Shown one piece after another: positions 39,429 through 52,386 of a DNA stretch of 63,932 bases. Below the pieces are notes generated by a model. That model saw only the letters and a list, made by a program, of their open reading frames with translations. It did not search any database and was not told where the DNA came from. The position numbers and the translations under genes are program-made. The DNA is from Octopus bimaculoides (taxonomy: Eukaryota), in NCBI RefSeq assembly GCF_001194135.2, contig NC_068990.1:8193283-8257214 (forward strand), read 5' to 3'. How positions within the stretch are numbered: the first letter of the stretch is position 1; the number at the start of each line of letters is the position of its first letter.

Positions 39429-42400
39429 CATTTGCCCATTTGAACATGGATGTTCTATTAGAAACAAACTACAATTCCGGTGCTTGTGCCGAGAGTAGAA
39501 AAGAATATTTATTAATTTGGATAATGTTCACATCTTGTATTTTAAAATCTAAAACTACACGCGTAAACGCCCAACGTCACACACACATGCAAACATGCAC
39601 TCACAATGACACACACACACACATATACACACACAAACACATATACACACACCCGCACACACGCGCGCGCATACACACACACACGCGCACATGACATACA
39701 TATATACACAAATATATAAAGTCTGCTATTATTTTTAAATAACAAGATGTTAGTGGCGAATAGCTATTTAATATAATATTATTAGACAGTAACCGTTAGA
39801 CAATTTTAGTACTATTTCTGAACAATCTATTATGGATTAATCAGCGTTTTGTTTCCAAGCAGGGTAAGAGTTAATACAATATATTTAAACGAATATATTT
39901 CCTAGATTAAAATAAACTTTGTCTTAAATAAACAATTCTGTACTTTGTGTTATTTAATTCCCCACCGTAATTATATATTTCGAACGCTAATTTTTAAAGT
40001 CTGAATTGCTTAATATGTCGTTATTGAGAAGAGGTCATAGAAATATCTTCGAAAGTTCAAACAATTAATTATATATGTTTCGGTATATTGAATAAAAATA
40101 AATACATAAAAGAATAAAAACCCTTCTTCTGAATATATTTCTGGTGTGAATCCTATCGCTGATAGCTGAAAATCACTGATATTATGTAGTTCTAAATAGA
40201 CCGTTCACAAAGGAACACATACGTTTCCATACACTTAGAGGCATACAGACGTGCACACAAGGATATACTACGCATATCTGTGCATGCGTGTGTGTATTGC
40301 TTTAAATATACATAGAGAAACATATATCTGAATACCGTTGGTTAAATCGTACGGATAAAATTTCAATACATTTTTACTAAATATGCACTAAAGTGGAAAT
40401 TTAAATAGAAATTTAAAAAAAAAAACATGAAATACAGAAATATACTACCTCATTAAATAAGTTTACTACTTATAGGCATAAGGACAAAAATCTGTGGGCT
40501 ATAGGACTCGCCGATGGCATCAACCTACAACGAATCATAAAATAGTAAATTTGTGCTGAAAATAAAGTCAACCATATCAGAAAGTACCTGTCTTTGGGTT
40601 TTATTCATTCCTAAGCAAAGATGATTCTTTTTTATTTATATATTTATCCAGTAAAGCTGGTCATAAAAAATAATAAAAAAAAACACTTCTGTGCTCTACG
40701 CTAATACATTTTTAATGATCTGAAAAGGAATCCGTTACTCTTCCACACTTTCATTGATATTCTTTACCTCAAGTTACTTCCCCGATACTACTGATATTGT
40801 CCTATAATGTAATTATCAAAGCAAAACTGCTTGCAATATATCATAAATTGAAATGATATATTCAACGTCATTTGTATTGAATAAAATAAACAAGTGCTTT
40901 TGTTTTATTCCAAATAAATTTACTTTTTATATACTAAGTATCATAAGAGTATTTATCAATGTAATATAAACTATGGAAGCGAATTAGTATGCATACTCCA
41001 TTTCACACTAAATCCACCTTATCTCATTTTTGTTACTTTTAATCCAACAAGCTGTCATGCTTTCCAATCATTTTTCAACCAATTCATTATCAATGTAATC
41101 TCATGTAGAGTGTATTTACAGTGTTATTGCACCATAAATAAATGATTTTGAATCTAAATGCACGGCATTATTATGCAACATGTAATACAATGTACTGAAA
41201 TTCAATATACTATTCCGGTCAAGTGAAATCCCACTACCAAATGTAAGCACACGGTCGTATGAAAATATGAAACTGTTTGCATCAATCTTGTATTCACGTG
41301 TTAAATGCATTGAAATTTTGCCTGTTGCAATTATTACACCTTATTTTATCTCGTATACAAAGTTATACAATGCATGTTTATTAACTGCTGAATTTTGTTT
41401 TGTTTCTAGCAGAGCAATTGCTGTCAAAGTAATTGCTAGCTTACGCAGAGTCAAAAAAGCAATGAAGATTTTAAATTTGTTTTCTCCTATTGCATTTCGA
41501 GATACATAAACGACAGATACGCCCAGAATCAATATAGTATGAATTTTATCGAGTCAAAATGAAACCTTAGTTTCGATTAAAGTCAAGTACAATGCTGCCT
41601 GAATATATTTAAACATTGTAAACACCTTCATTATAGTACTATTAATGCCATTTAGATATATATTATAATATAAATCCCCCTCTCAGCCTTTTCCATGATA
41701 TCGTTTCTATTTTCACAGTAATTTTTCACTTCCTTTATGAAAACAATATTCGAAAGCAATTATATATTTCCATCTCCCCCAAATTGTCAATCCCTTCAAA
41801 TTTGTTTTTAAAAGCTGGAGTCATTGCCTGGCAGTTAAATTCTATGTTATATAATTTTAAACTCGTATTGTTTAAATTCAACTATCAATCTCAAAATGAT
41901 TGTATCATTTACACTTTCAGGATTACTTTTTCAAAGTCGTCCGTACAAACATTTCTTTGTCATGTGTTGTGTACCTCAATACCAGTACATTTTTGGGGAG
42001 TTGATTTTGAACCAAATACTTTTCCAATCAATTCTAATGAAAATACAAGAGTAGGTGGAATGCAGATGGCTTGAAGTTGAGTGAGTACATGTGTGTTGTA
42101 ACGACCATTAAAGGAAGATGAAAGTGACAAATATTTAATTAGAACTTTCTTAATAAAGTGTCATATTAAGAACATGACAGCGTGTTCAAGGGATAATGAT
42201 GGAAAATAATTTGGAATATTATTTTCAATGACATACTGAAGGCAAAAAATTAGAAAATAAAGAAGATATGCTGAATTATATATAAATATTGCATTTCACA
42301 CGTACAGAAATGAACAGCATGAATTAGATACACATAGCATGCATACAAACAGACATGCAAACATAGCAAGCACAAACACACTAACTGTATGTATATGCAA

Positions 42401-44065
42401 ATATTCCCGGAATATAACATTGTATCCGTTTCCGTTTCTGACCTCAGACGAATTTATCAAAAATGATCTTGAAACTAATATTTGCCTGTTATTGTTTATA
42501 GCTTTATAAATGACTCCAGATACGATTCAAAGGAAGAATTGTTTCAATTATTTATATTATATTTTGTCTTCCTCCAGTTACTGTTTATAATTTTACCGCA
42601 TGTATTACTTACTTTCCTTCTCCGATTTCTTAAGCAGGAACTTGTCTATCCAATTCACATTAGGTTTTCATTTCTTGTGATATTCTTCCGAACCGCTTTT
42701 TCAATTCAAATAGTATTAATTTCTCTGTTACTGAGAACTATTTATCACCTGATTTTACACGGTTAACGCCTTACCATCTCTATGAATTGTCACTGATTCA
42801 TTCGCATAATACATCTTTTCTTCTCACTATATATAAACAGATTCCTCAGTTTTTCATTAAATGAGAATTAGCCTCCGAAAGGTCTCTCCATTTGGCAAAG
42901 ACCTATTCCATTATATTTCGGTATATTGTACAAATTTATCTCTCTCGTTCTATCTGTGCCATTCTTTCTAAGAGTCGATCATTCCTGCTAGTTATGTTAT
43001 TGTATAAGGGTATAATGTTACTTCTTTTAAATTTTATCTCTATTGTAGACCTCTATCTTCGTCCATTCAGTCTAGTCTTTTCTTCGTGCAATCTTTGTCT
43101 CTTACTTTCTTCATTCCGACCAAATATCTTCTTATCAACTCGCCTGACTGCACGCCTCCCACGTTCACGCTGCGGAGTATTGCCTATACATGCAAATATT
43201 CACACACATAGATATCAATCCAGTTCTGTCAGTATTCTAATCCACATCTTTTTATAGTTCGCTCTTTCTCACTCTTCATCATCTTTCTCAATATACAATG
43301 CTTTCTCCTACTTCGCAATAGCTTGACACCTAAAGGGAAAACTAGCAAATAGAAAAAGACAAGCGATTTCGTACCATGCAATATCGGTACGTCATATACT
43401 CTAATTGTTTTCGAAAGTTTAATGTCCCAATGAAATTTTATACTGATAAGCATTTGTTTCTGGAACACATAGAAAGCTAGCAGAAAAGGAAATTTCGCAT
43501 TTAGTGTTAGTACAATCTGTGGAATTAGCATATATTTTACAATGATGACTAACGAAGGAGAATGCATTGATGTGCAAATATATTTGCTATCTGACTTTTC
43601 TTAACCAGAAGCTGAATTATTCTCAATAGGAGTTTAAATGAAGCTGTGGACATGTGCCGGTGGTTGACATATTTACTTTATAACAATCTCCCATTAAATA
43701 CATTGCAACAGTGATAGCTATGAGATGATGTTACTTTCAAGAATCATCGAGTGAATGGATACAGCTGCAATTGAATTGAGAAAAGTACCATGATGTGACT
43801 ACGGCAAATCTCTTTATGACTATTACCACGTTGCCTTATGGCACACAGCTCGATACAAATGGCATTGTAGTCACATATGTTGTAAATTTAGTTACAATGT
43901 TATAACTGGAAATTATTATTTCAATGTCTAAGTGATTAATTACGGTCACCAGAAATTGCTTCTGTTTGTATCCAGTATAAATTTTTCATTCAGTTACTTT
44001 GATATAGCTTAAATATAATGCACGCAAAAAAGTTTTTTTTCGCGGTAGTATATAGAAAGATGCAA

Positions 44066-44106
<41 letters not shown>

Positions 44107-44123
44107 CCTACCTACCTACCTAC

Positions 44124-44175
<52 letters not shown>

Positions 44176-44183
44176 GTATCTAC

Positions 44184-44216
<33 letters not shown>

Positions 44217-44715
44217 ATCTATCTATCTATCTAATACACACACACATATATATATGTATGTGTGTGAGTGTGTGTTTCTTTCTCTTGACACACGCACATA
44301 CATATGTATATATGCATATATTGCTTTGAAGCATATGTGCGTTTGCATTGTATATGCAGCTATCTTGTGCATTTAATTTAATATAATATTCTATTTCTAC
44401 TAAAATTTTATAGCTTTTTTAAAATTTTTGGTTATCCTATGACTCTTCAAAAGGAATATTTGATTGAATATTCGATAACAAAGTTGTAGTTTATAGATAT
44501 ATAAAATGTGAACTTATGAAATTTAAGAGAGGTTTGTAACTACTTGCACAAACTCCTATGCTCTTATGCCGTTTGTAACTTTGATGCAGCATTTTACCTT
44601 TGTACTAGTTTTTACTTTGTAGCTATCAATGACTCCGTGACTGGAGAAGAGATTTTTCTTGTTTCCTTACGGCATAACGCTACGTTTACACGTGTCGTTG
44701 TTTTTTGTTTTTTTT

Positions 44716-45423
44716 AGCTTTTCACCTTCTATTTCCTCAATGATGAAGTTTCTAAGGAGGATGGGGCTTGCTTCCGTTACTTCACCAATTTTGGTAGGTG
44801 ATGCCTATGCTTTCACATCGAATACTTTTACAATATGCATGTTTGCGTTGAATTAGAAGTTTAATCTAGAATTGATGTTTGTTTTATATATCCACTTTTG
44901 TTTGTTTCTTGTAAATTTTTCTTTGAGAAACGGGTGGTACTTTGGTAGAATCTATGTTGTTCGTTCTTATAGCTAGAGCATATTTCAGGAGAGTTTCTTG
45001 TGCAGGAATATCGTGTTTTGAAATCAGCAGATTGAAATTACTAAATATTTCTGTGAGGCGTTACGTCCCGTTTTTATCCACAGTTCTGTCTACAACTATT
45101 AAAATCTGCACATCACCTTCAATCAATCTATACATATTCGAATGTACAAGACGCCAGCATGAATGGATTACAATGAAACATACAACCGAAGGACATCAGG
45201 AACGCAGAGGAAAAATTTATAAGAAACAAAAGTCGATATACGAAAGCAAAATCCAGTGAAAATACATCTCTGAATTACACTTCGGAATAAACACCAGCTT
45301 GCATATTTTAAAAGTATTCGATGTGACAACATAGCCAACATCTTTCAAAATTGGTGAAACAAATAATAATGTCCAATCCTCCATAGAAAATTCCTCATTA
45401 GAGAAATAATATGTAAAAGGCTA
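44716..45423. repeat. Diverged long inverted repeat (arms ~44716-44925 and ~45205-45423)
   Basis: Perfect 18-nt IR at 44813-44830 / 45309-45326 and 13-nt IR at 44781-44793 / 45346-45358, within colinear weaker similarity. Confidence 0.85.
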
Positions 45424-46324
45424 GACGAGAAAATGATACGTGCGAACTTAGCATTATGTGGCCTGTAAACAGAAATAACCTTGGTACAATCATGAAGATA
45501 TATATATATATATATATATANNNNNNNNNNNNNNNNNNNNNNNNNNNNNNNNNNNNNNNNNNNNNNNNNNNNNNNNNNNNNNNNNNNNNNNNNNNNNNNN
45601 NNNNNNNNNNNNNNNNNNNNNNNNNNNNNNNNNNNNNNNNNNNNNNNNNNNNNNNNNNNNNNNNNNNNNNNNNNNNNNNNNGTGTGTGTGTGTGTGTGTG
45701 TGCGTGCGCGTGCGTGTACGTGTGTGTGCGGGGGGGGGGGCTGTCTATATATAAATCAGTCATACCTTCAGGGTTCTTTAGCCTTCATATTCGTAATCGT
45801 CATGAATTGTATCCCTGTGAGGTGTGTTTCAAGAATCCCATCTGAAAGTACAAATCAATAAATAAGTAGATATATCCACATAGAGGCACACATTGCATAC
45901 AAAAGCATATTTTTCATTTGCTTCATGTTTTGCCAGAATGCATCAGCTCCGTTTCCTAATGCTCAAACATCAGAGACAGGAATATTCTGGCATTTTCTTC
46001 GAATTCTATCGGAATTATTTTTACAGTGTATATTATGTATCTGGAAGAAAAAAAATGTGTAAGTTCACATTCGGTTCGGAGATTTGGTTTCAGTCTTTGA
46101 GTTTAGGATTTTTTTTCCGAACTACCACTTTAATGGGAAAAGGAAACTGGAGAGATTCAGATTGCAATGTCTGGTATGTTTCTTTTCTGTTGGATGTAGA
46201 CTTTTAATACACATTGTCATGTCAAAGATTCTAATGAAACTGGACGAAACATCCACAGACAAAAATTTATAAACCCTTGTGTATAAATAAAATCTACGTG
46301 TTTGTGTGTGCGTGTGTGTGTATA

Positions 46325-46556
46325 CAGGGTTGGACCAAAGGCATCCGACGGTAAAATCAAAATTCCATAAATACTTAATGTTCAATTTTATTTATTCATT
46401 CCAATTACGAATATTTAATAATTGAATGGTGTGAGTTATTTATTTTTTTCAGCATTTGTCTATTTGTTAGCGAAGTTTCTTTCAGTTATTAGACATAAAT
46501 AAACCTGGAAATTAAATGGTTTTGATTTACTTTCAGGAAACATTGGACGAACGCTG
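46325..46556. mobile_element. 232-bp Tc1/mariner-type MITE
   Basis: TA|CAGGGTTGGACCAAAG ... CATTGGACGAACGCTG|TA: imperfect TIRs with TA on both sides and an AT-rich non-coding interior. Confidence 0.65.
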
Positions 46557-46578
46557 TACTTATATATATACATACATA

Positions 46579-47450
46579 CATAGTCTCATCAATAAAGTTC
46601 CGGACAGTTGCCATAGTAACGAAACTAAAGCACGCAGAGTGAACCGGGCTGACCTTTGAACTCTGCTGTGCACGCACACTAGGTTTCTACTTTCTAGCTC
46701 ACTTCCCCTGTTTACAGCAATGCTTCGAAGGAAGGTGTGTAGCGTGTGATCTTCGCATTGAACATGACAGAGAAAGCTGAGTAAGAGAATCTGCAAAATC
46801 TTGGTGATACCGACTCAGACGCCTACGCAAAGTTTTCAAAAAGTTTTCATCGTTCATCACACAATCAAGGAGATGCTTGAAACTGAAAACCGAGTATCTT
46901 TTTGGTCAGCTGAAAACAGTTTTGGCACAAACTTAGCAGACACGCGTCTCATACCCAAATCTTCAGTGATAAAGTACGGAACTGACCGTAACTAATTCGC
47001 ATATCTTCTGATAACTCACGGATGGTGTTGTGTCGATTTCCCCTTACAGTTGAACGCACAACTGAGATGTTTTTCTCAGTTCTGCTGGTTGCGGGTCTCC
47101 CAGAACTTTCCTCAATAGCTACATTTTTTCCAGCCATCTTCGAGGCGCCTGAACCACTCGTAAACTTGTGTGCGACTTGCATACTCCTCTCCATAAACTT
47201 TCTGTAATTTCGCGTCGGCCTATTAGCAGGTAACGCCATGAAAACGTTCTCTGTCATAGTCAATGCGACGATCAGACGCTACACACCTTCCTTTCAAGCA
47301 GTACTGTAAACAGCGTAAGTGAGCTAGAACGTTAAATCTTAGTGCACATGGACAGAAGAGTTCGTTGTCAATATTTACAAGCGGCTTCACTCTGCATGCT
47401 ATAACGTCGTTACTATGGCAACAGTCCGGATACTTATTGATCAGACCTCG
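46579..47450. mobile_element. Non-autonomous mariner made of two inverted 5' ends
   Basis: Both ends are TA-flanked TIR + 5' UTR + ATGACAGAGAA facing inward. The minus arm encodes KLQKVYGEEYASRTQVYEWF, SGRPATSRTEKNI, EDLGMRRVSAKFVPKL and ENFLKT, and stops before the first catalytic D. Confidence 0.85.
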
Positions 47451-47493
47451 TAATTTTGGTTTTGAATTGCATCTTGCCGCCTTAATTATTTTG

Positions 47494-47642
47494 TACATAC
47501 ATACATACATACATACATACATACACACATAGAAACATATACATATATACATACATACATACATACATACATACATACATACATACATACAAACATATAC
47601 ATACATACATACATACATACATACATGCATATATACATACAT
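47494..47642. repeat. (CATA)n tetranucleotide microsatellite
   Basis: Directly visible; a similar (TATG)n lies at 63820-63892. Confidence 0.95.
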
Positions 47643-48499
47643 GTATAAAACATATTGACCGAGTAGTCCCTTTTGAAACGACTCAATGACTCCTATTTAC
47701 ATTGGTTTCCTGAATGTCAAGTAACTGCTAAAGAATTAAAAGAACCGTGTTTTCGTTACAAACACTACAAACATTGTGTTTGAAATATTAAATTTATTCA
47801 ATCCACAATTATGATGAGTCTTATTCAACTAAACACAATAATATTCCTCTGAACACAATAAACTTTCTTCTCTACTTCAGTTAGTAGTTTGTTTCCAATA
47901 TTCCTTCATGGAGCTTTCTATGTACATAAAATTTCAAGTACAATACAGCAAAATGAAAGTAAATATTTGCTGCTTTTCTGTACGTGTGCTCGAAAAGGCT
48001 TAAATGGAAGTTAGGACACTTAGGCTGAAATATAATTACGGTTAAGAGAAAACTATTTGCTTCTCAATTTTGTCAGACTCTTGTCGCTTTGAAACCAACA
48101 AGGGGACAAATCCATGGACAGTTAAAGTGTTATATTCATTGGTCACCCTTAATTTGTAATATAGGGCACTTGAGACCGAGCAGGTGAAAGTAACCAAATA
48201 TTTTACAGTACCCATGTGGAGCTAGGAAATATCGTGCTTGAAGTACAAATATCTATCACCTACGCTCTGTTACCCTGGTCTCTTAAAATTTACTATAATC
48301 GTCTATATCACAAACACACACACATACACACATATTATACATGTATATGTATGTATATATGTATATATATATATATACACACATATGTATACATATATAG
48401 TATATGCATGAGTGTGCATAAATGCTTATATATGCACAGATATATGTCAATATATATTTGTATATGTACTTATATATTTATATATATTGTACATTTGTA

Positions 48500-48975
48500 C
48501 TTCATTGTCTTTGTGTCCTGTCCATTATATTCTCAAATGTCTTCAATATTCCAACATCTCAAAGGCTGACTGTTTCATAATACTATACTTAATGTCGATG
48601 TTACAGCTCCATATAGCAGAATAGAACACAAATAAAGCTTTAACAACCATTCGCCGGTTTAGATATTAATGTTTCTTCATGTGAAAATGGTTTTCATTTT
48701 TTGAAATGAATTTCTAGCTATCTCAATTATTCTTTTGATTCCAGCTTCATATTCCTCGTTTACGGATTGAATGTATCTCAGCTATATTATCTTTGGTGTC
48801 TGTTCACTTGGCTTCTCTCGATTGTTATAATTATTTTGGGTGACTGTTGTTTCATACTGATTACAAATCATTTTCCTTTCGATGCATTATTTTTATCCCA
48901 CAGGAACTTCCTACATTCTATGGAATGGAAAATGGTTTCGTCGATCCTGTTACGCAGAGTTACTGAACATACCTA
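48500..48975 (-). mobile_element. RTE-clade LINE fragment (RT C-terminal and thumb region)
   Basis: FVISMKQQSPKIIITI; GIKRIIEIARNSFQKMKTIFT*RNINI; LLKLYLCSILLYGA match the RTE EIxRRIxIARxAFxKM / SILLYGCETW motifs. Confidence 0.75.
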
Positions 48976-49270
48976 AGGGACGTAGTACAGTGGAATAAAT
49001 ATCACAGTGTAAGATTTCTTCGACTTATAGATATATTATTTTACTTCTTTATTCCTTTGTCTTATACAAACATCCATACATGCGTACGTACATACATACA
49101 TACATATATTCATACATACGTACACATTTACATATACTCAAACGGAACACACATATACCTATGTGCTTACATGCATGTGTTGTATAATTTCATACATATA
49201 TGCACATATACAACACAAGGCAGTGCTCGATCATGGCCGAAGATAAATAACTGAAACAAGTCAAAGAGCA

Positions 49271-49315
<45 letters not shown>

Positions 49316-49396
49316 TATCATTATTATTATTATTATTTGAAAATGTTTTACCCGACTCCATGCGACTTAAAGTTACACACACGCGCGCACGCACGT

Positions 49397-49440
<44 letters not shown>

Positions 49441-49589
49441 GTATATGCATAAAGTATTTATAAGATATTAATATTGCTGTTATTATCGAAGGCAATATAG
49501 GTAGTTGATAATAACAGAAGAATTATTATAAGTGGTTCCAGGCTTAAAAAAAAACATTAAATAGCTAAAGAATTAAAATTATATGAATT

Positions 49590-50150
49590 ATAAGGCCACA
49601 TTAAAGTGTCTGTCTACACGCTAGAAATATGAGTCGGAACCTTTATTTGGACAACCAAACGATTAACACTGAAACCAACAGATTCAACAGTATACTAGTA
49701 AATCGAAAAGTCTCTCACCAATATAGCATAAAGCTATATATTTAATGGTACAGTTATATATATGGATCGGTTTCTGGTTTGATATAAAAATCTTAAATTC
49801 TTCAGCTCATCTTAACCTTTTGAAATACTTTCCGAATCTTCCAAGTTGAAATCTGTTGGCGTCTTTAATTGCTTAGCGGCAAAATGCGGACAGCCTCAGC
49901 GTGAGAAGTACTAATCAGCAAATTTCTAGCGGGTACACACTTTAATGTGCCCTTGTGATTGATCACTAGCCACTAAACTTTTTTTGTTTTACTTTCTCTC
50001 TCTGTTTATTTTTGTATTCCTTTCTTTTGAAGAGTGTAGGCTCGAAACGTAAAAGACTTTCACACTTCCGAGCGTGAAATTAAGGCATTTGTTTGTGGTT
50101 TACACACCAGTCTTCGTCTTTTGTTCTGTTTTTTTTTTGTAAATTCCAAC
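49590..50150 (+). mobile_element. Penelope-like 3' end (very degenerate GIY-YIG, pseudo-LTR with HHR-like motif, ends at (TA)n)
   Basis: Frameshifted traces resembling YIGQT and EKYFIRIFQ; HHR-like motif at 50020-50055; the downstream 100 bp recurs at 54459-54540. Confidence 0.6.
50020..50055 (+). ncRNA. Degenerate minimal hammerhead-like motif, second family
   Basis: CUUU CUUUUGA A GAGU guag GCUC GAAA C GUA AAAG has the same layout as 29433-29478, but the core is mutated at G5 and A6. Confidence 0.5.
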
Positions 50151-50395
50151 TATATATATATATATATATNNNNNNNNNNNNNNNNNNNNNNNNNNNNNNN
50201 NNNNNNNNNNNNNNNNNNNNNNNNNNNNNNNNNNNNNNNNNNNNNNNNNNNNNNNNNNNNNNNNNNNNNNNNNNNNNNNNNNNNNNNNNNNNNNNNNNNN
50301 NNNNNNNNNNNNNNNNNNNNNNNNNNNNNNNNNNNNNNNNNNNNNNNNNNNNNNNNNNNNNNNNNNNNNNNNNNNNNNNNNNNNNNNNNNNNNNN

Positions 50396-50436
<41 letters not shown>

Positions 50437-51203
50437 ACTCTTTTTCTTTGAGGTCACTAAGAATTGGTAGTTTATTTTCTTTCTTGTACTCGATAGCATA
50501 TTTCCCGTAAATATAATTTTGGGGATGTACAATATTCAGTACTTCACTATTTAATTCAATGACAAAAATTTATGATAATCTTATAATCGTTTTCTCTATA
50601 TGTATATAATGATGTAAATATCCTGCTGAAAACTTAGTTAAATGTTGGACCATACAAGTTTAATAATGCTACACTGCACTACTTTTTATAAGAATTTTCT
50701 TACTGGTTCTTTTTTTAGTTCTATAGACACATATCTACGCCCAAATATTTATTTGTTGGGAATGGTGTTACAAAACTATGAAAATCAATGCTATCATTTA
50801 TGTAACTACCGATTTTTTTTTTCTTGTATGCCTTTTAACACGAAATCACGAACAGGATTTTTTCTGATATCTATGACAACGAAATGTGGTAATTCTCATT
50901 CTGGTTGACGGTGATATATTGAAGAAGTCCGTTCATGTGTTAGTACTCATCAATATTTGGTCGTTTATATGTTGACTAATCCGAGCAAGCAAATCATTCA
51001 AATTTAAGAAATGTATGTGCCGAACAATTAAAAACTGATATGTCTTTAATCTAGGTCACCAGTTTAAATTTATCATTAAATTTCCCTGAGAATGAATTTA
51101 TTAAGAATTTTAGTGCATAATTTGTACTTAGTAAATATACATATATATATATGTAGGTGTGTGTGCGTGTGTGTGTGTGTGTGTGCCTGTATGTGTGTGT
51201 GTG

Positions 51204-51237
<34 letters not shown>

Positions 51238-51721
51238 TCCATGTGTGTATGTTATGTATGTATATATAATATATACGATTATATATAAGAGACGGAAATA
51301 ATACACATTCTTTATTTATTTTAGGCTTAAAGCTCTTTCAGTTAAAAATAAAGATATCATTTTGATGACCTATTCTCAAAATGTTATCTTTATCAGTGCC
51401 AAAACAAAACACCTAAGAAAAAAAGAAGAAAATATAAGAAACAGTATGTAATTTGGTCAGCGTGATATTTATACAGAGTCAATGATAGGCTTTCGGCGTT
51501 TACGTGCCTACTTCTGATAACCATGCGTACGGGTAGTGTTTGCAAATATACAGACTAAAGGTAGCTTTATTATTACGAATCATTTTAAACCTGAAGTATG
51601 AATATCTATCTGATTAATGACCAGTAATACATATAAGCACAACACATTTAACATAACTAGTTAGAACTAGTAATCGTCGGCAACAACATCAAGAATGATA
51701 ATAATAATTCTAATTCTAATT

Positions 51722-51722
51722 C

Positions 51723-51775
<53 letters not shown>

Positions 51776-52190
51776 GCCCTGATGCAGTATCAGGCAGTGG
51801 TTCTCATGGCTACTTATCTCAACTAAATGGAAGTGTTATCATATACATTGTTTTGTCTTGGTATAAAAGATGAGCTACAGCAAATATTCTGCTCAATACC
51901 ACAGATTTTTTTGTCAGTTGTTTGACCTTAACCAGTTGAGTCTGTCCTTTAGTGGCTGACGATATATGCATCTCTGATCATGTGCACAAGTAGTGGGGTA
52001 GCGTCATAGTCATGTGTTCAGAGTGATTATTTGGGGTTTAGATAATACACTTTTGAAAACATGGGTGCTTTGTTCAACGTCCTTAAACAACCCTTATTCA
52101 GGGACCTTTTGCGCGGGATAGGCTACTCGACATGAATTACATTCTAACTGGCAACTACCTGCAATGTCAGGCGCTGTCTATCTTAACTTT
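51722..52190 (-). mobile_element. Retroelement 3' region with (TTA)n tail (family of 8390-8880)
   Basis: Reverse-complement alignment to 8500-8880; the (AAT)n run at 51722-51772 abuts the sense 3' end ...CAGGGCA. Confidence 0.8.
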
Positions 52191-52336
52191 GACATCGGCT
52201 TTCCATATCGATTTACCTGCAGTACGATAGGGATTGCAAAATATTTTTGTTAGCCTGGCGTATTTTTATCGGCAGAGAGATGGTTTAGACTCACTTATTA
52301 GCTCCCTTTTTAAAATGTTACACACACACACACACA

Positions 52337-52386
<50 letters not shown>

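Noticed and set aside
41116-41532. Long minus-strand frame with one stop
   Set aside because: No family recognised; compatible with chance in AT-rich DNA.
42500-43400. Purine-skewed region faintly like an L1/Tx1 ORF2 (-)
   Set aside because: Motifs are too degraded to support a call without a database search.
48904-48990. Plus-strand exon after a strong acceptor (tttttatcccacag|G)
   Set aside because: It is the antisense of an RTE LINE fragment.
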